This document shows, in pieces, positions 61,168 through 64,000 of a stretch of DNA of 64,000 bases. The DNA is from a virus. Taxonomy: Duplodnaviria > Caudoviricetes. A program made the translations under genes and the position numbers. Where the stretch lies: positions 96,001-160,000 of the IMG/VR virus record IMGVR_UViG_3300013947_000019. One strand, 5' to 3'. The notes under the pieces were generated by a model. It was given only the letters and a program-made list of their open reading frames with translations. It did no database searches and was not told the origin of the DNA. The stretch's first letter is position 1; every line of letters starts with the position of its first letter.

Positions 61168-61562
61168 TAATTTCTTTCCTCCACCGTATAAATCTTACCA
61201 TCGATACTAATAATATTATATTTTTCAGTAAATTCATTCATAGTTACAGAATCATCTACTGATACTTGATACTGAGTTTTATATGCAGTCGGTTTATCCT
61301 GTAAATAAAAACATAGAGTACTAGTAAGACCGACACTTATCATAGTAGCAACTAAGATAATAACTGGTGTTCTACACCACCAACAAGATTCTTCAACATC
61401 ATCATATTTCTTAATAGAATGTATGATAATAACTAATGAAATAATACCGAGAATAAGCACAATAAGAGATATAGTACACTTAATATCCCAAATATGTCCT
61501 GTTTCTGCTACTATTTCCATAGAATTAAGAATTGTTACGCCCTTCATAAATAAAGCCTCCAT
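61167..61562 (-). CDS. Two-TM membrane protein
   Basis: Two hydrophobic helices. Confidence 0.55.
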   Translation of the reverse strand: MEALFMKGVTILNSMEIVAETGHIWDIKCTISLIVLILGIISLVIIIHSIKKYDDVEESCWWCRTPVIILVATMISVGLTSTLCFYLQDKPTAYKTQYQVSVDDSVTMNEFTEKYNIISIDGKIYTVEERN

Positions 61563-61712
61563 AATGTTATTATAGTTTGGTTAGTATAATATTCCTTTTA
61601 TACACTAATATAATATATATTTAGAATTTCACTACTCGAACAAACCTATAATATGACAAGGTGATTTAAAAGAAACACCACTAAGCTCACTACGAAGGGG
61701 TGTGTATAAAAT

Positions 61713-64000
61713 ATGAATGAAAAACTCTTGTCCACTCTTGTAAATGGGTTGGATGATTCACTGCCCCGCGCAGCGAAAGATAAGATTACACAGAGTATCA
61801 CTTCAGTTTCTCGTACATTGAATGATGCTAAAATGAATAGTACCAAAACTACGCTTCTTGGTTATGGTACAAAGAATGATAAAGTAAAGGGGACAAAGCT
61901 CCCTGATATTTCTACTGATGCTCAAATTTATACAAATATTTCTGATATGATCAATGGATCCAATAATAATGATGTAGCCGGATTTGGTACATTAATGGAT
62001 TCATTAGTCATGAAGAACAAGAAATACTACACGATTATCAAGGACTATGAAATCATGCCGATTTTGATTCCTCAGATTAATCGTGTACTGATGTTCTTGG
62101 TAAATGAATGTCTATCTCCCGATATTCAGAATGATGCTACTTTCTTGATCAAATATAAAGGATCTACTGCAGTAAATGCTATTCAGTCTGATATTGAACA
62201 GATTAAGAAAGAGATGAAGCTTGATAACACTCTTCGTGATGTTTATATGAATCGATATAAGCTTGGTCATGAATACATGCTTGTGATTGATTATAATGAA
62301 ACATTTGATCATATGCTTCAAATGATCAAACAGAAGGGTCTGAATGAATCTACTCGTAATATGACAGATATGGATTTTCTTGATCAGTCCTATACTGATC
62401 TTTCCAGTTCTATTAATGAGTGTTCTGTTGATATGAAGATCCTATCTCTTCGTGAATCTCATGGAATGACTGCAGATGGTACTGTACTTCGTCAACAGTC
62501 CAGTGATGAAGGATTCATTGATGAGAATACAATTAAGCTTTCTTTTGATAATATGAATATTGTGGTAGAGAAATCTCCCATTGCTCATATGATGAAGGAG
62601 GCCCATGGTGAATTGTTATCTGAAGCTTATTCTGAGTTTAAGCTTGAGAATGTCATGAAGAGATCTACGAATGGAACTCTGAATGAAGCTGTGGTCGATA
62701 CGTCTAAATTAACTATGATTGTTCAAAAGATGAAGCAGAAGCAGCTTCGTCGGTGTATGTTAGAAAGACTTGATCCTGCTAGAGTTTTCTGTTTGAAGAT
62801 TGGTGGTCGTGTAATTGGTTACTTTGTTGTAAATGATATTACAATGGATACAGGTACGACAAATGTAATCAACTTTGCACAAGCATTAAAAGATCAGCTG
62901 CTGAAGTCTCGTGCTACGAATCTGCAGCAGTCTACGAAGACTGCAGAAGAGATTATCTCTAAAACTCTTGCAGAAAAGATCATTAATACCTTTGATCCAA
63001 ATATTGGTATTAATCGTGTTGAAGATATTGATCTGATGCATGATTTTGTTCTCAATAATGAAATCTATAAAGGTAATAAGAGAATCACTTTCTATTATGC
63101 AGATGAGATCTTTGATCTTTCTAGAGCAGATGATTCTATTCTGACAAATGCCGTATTCTTTACTAAATTATATTCTACCCTACTGATGAATAATATCATG
63201 ACCAAGGTTCTTCGTGGACGTGGCAGACAGATTCATACAGTTCATATGGGTGCATCTCCCAATGTTCAGCGTTATCTGCAGAATGCGATGGCTTCTCTCA
63301 CAATGCCTGAAAATAACTTAGGTACATTACATGGGTCATTTGAACAAATTTTGAACCCGTTTAATGCTTCTTCGGATATTATAATTCCAACAGACGATGG
63401 AACAGAAAAATATATCGAAACAGATTATATTCCTGGACAGGATGTCGATATGAACGATGACTTCCTGCGAACTCTATTGAATGCAATTGTGTCTTCGTTT
63501 GGTTTAGACTCTGCTGTTATTGATGCTACAAATGGTAATCTCCAGTTTGCTCGTACATTATCTATGGAGTCTTTGCAAATCTGTAATGCTATTCGTAATG
63601 AACAGCAGGATCTTCATGATAACTGGGAAGCTATGTGTTTACGTATCCTGGAAATTTGTGGCTCTGACCAGACACGAGAAGCAATTGATCAGGGATTGAT
63701 TGAAGTTCAGTTCTTTACTCCGAAATCTCTTGTTATGCAGAATACAATTGAAGACTTGAATAATGCAAAATCTTATGCAGAAAGTATTGCAGATATTATT
63801 CCTGAATTCAATGTAGATAATGCAGAGCAGAAGAGAACGAAGTTTATCTATTCTCGTATTAAATCTATGGTAAATCTGGATTGGTCTAAGATTGATGAGG
63901 ATGTTAAGAACGCTGGTATTGATGCAATTGCTGATGATATTGAAGCTAAGATCCAGCAGACAATCCAGGAATACAAAGACAATACTGTCGAGCAGAAATA
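61713..64000 (+). CDS. Portal protein, runs off the window end; absent from the ORF track
   Basis: MNEKLLSTL...KDYEIMPILIPQINRVLMFLVNECLSPD...LERLDPARV resembles T4 gp20-type portal motifs; AACA-N6-TA at 61639. Confidence 0.7.
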   Translation, partial: MNEKLLSTLVNGLDDSLPRAAKDKITQSITSVSRTLNDAKMNSTKTTLLGYGTKNDKVKGTKLPDISTDAQIYTNISDMINGSNNNDVAGFGTLMDSLVMKNKKYYTIIKDYEIMPILIPQINRVLMFLVNECLSPDIQNDATFLIKYKGSTAVNAIQSDIEQIKKEMKLDNTLRDVYMNRYKLGHEYMLVIDYNETFDHMLQMIKQKGLNESTRNMTDMDFLDQSYTDLSSSINECSVDMKILSLRESHGMTADGTVLRQQSSDEGFIDENTIKLSFDNMNIVVEKSPIAHMMKEAHGELLSEAYSEFKLENVMKRSTNGTLNEAVVDTSKLTMIVQKMKQKQLRRCMLERLDPARVFCLKIGGRVIGYFVVNDITMDTGTTNVINFAQALKDQLLKSRATNLQQSTKTAEEIISKTLAEKIINTFDPNIGINRVEDIDLMHDFVLNNEIYKGNKRITFYYADEIFDLSRADDSILTNAVFFTKLYSTLLMNNIMTKVLRGRGRQIHTVHMGASPNVQRYLQNAMASLTMPENNLGTLHGSFEQILNPFNASSDIIIPTDDGTEKYIETDYIPGQDVDMNDDFLRTLLNAIVSSFGLDSAVIDATNGNLQFARTLSMESLQICNAIRNEQQDLHDNWEAMCLRILEICGSDQTREAIDQGLIEVQFFTPKSLVMQNTIEDLNNAKSYAESIADIIPEFNVDNAEQKRTKFIYSRIKSMVNLDWSKIDEDVKNAGIDAIADDIEAKIQQTIQEYKDNTVEQK

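Noticed and set aside
1-64000. CRISPR array, rRNA or stop-codon recoding
   Set aside because: No spaced direct repeats or rRNA-like sequence were seen. Core genes are intact in the standard code, and the internal stops are explained by introns.

Overview
Part of a large tailed-phage genome of the phiKZ/AR9(PBS1)-like jumbo type. Strong AAGGAGG ribosome-binding sites suggest a Firmicutes host (inference); the genetic code appears standard. The window carries a cluster of paralogous putative head proteins, two beta-prime subunits of a phage multisubunit RNA polymerase plus a probable sigma-like subunit, an SbcC-like ATPase, an SF2 helicase, glyA, a GroEL-like chaperonin, two tRNAs, two free-standing HNH endonucleases, a split family-B DNA polymerase, the large terminase, a primase and the start of a portal gene. 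Main observations: (1) three ORF-less group I introns sit in catalytic motifs. One splits RNAP DFDGD|Q, and two in tandem split the polymerase motif D|TDS|NF around a 9-nt micro-exon. (2) A complete diversity-generating retroelement (target-VR, avd, TR, RT) has 15 of 15 TR/VR mismatches at adenines, but its RT reads YMDN instead of YMDD. (3) A short peptide motif R-D-x-[DNE]-G-F-[IY]-x-L occurs on the tails of the DGR RT (twice), Avd and the phage helicase. (4) A conserved hairpin element precedes two related tail-fibre-like genes. (5) There are two candidate structured ncRNAs next to the tRNAs and two phage promoter motifs. All product calls come from motif recognition by eye; no searches were run.
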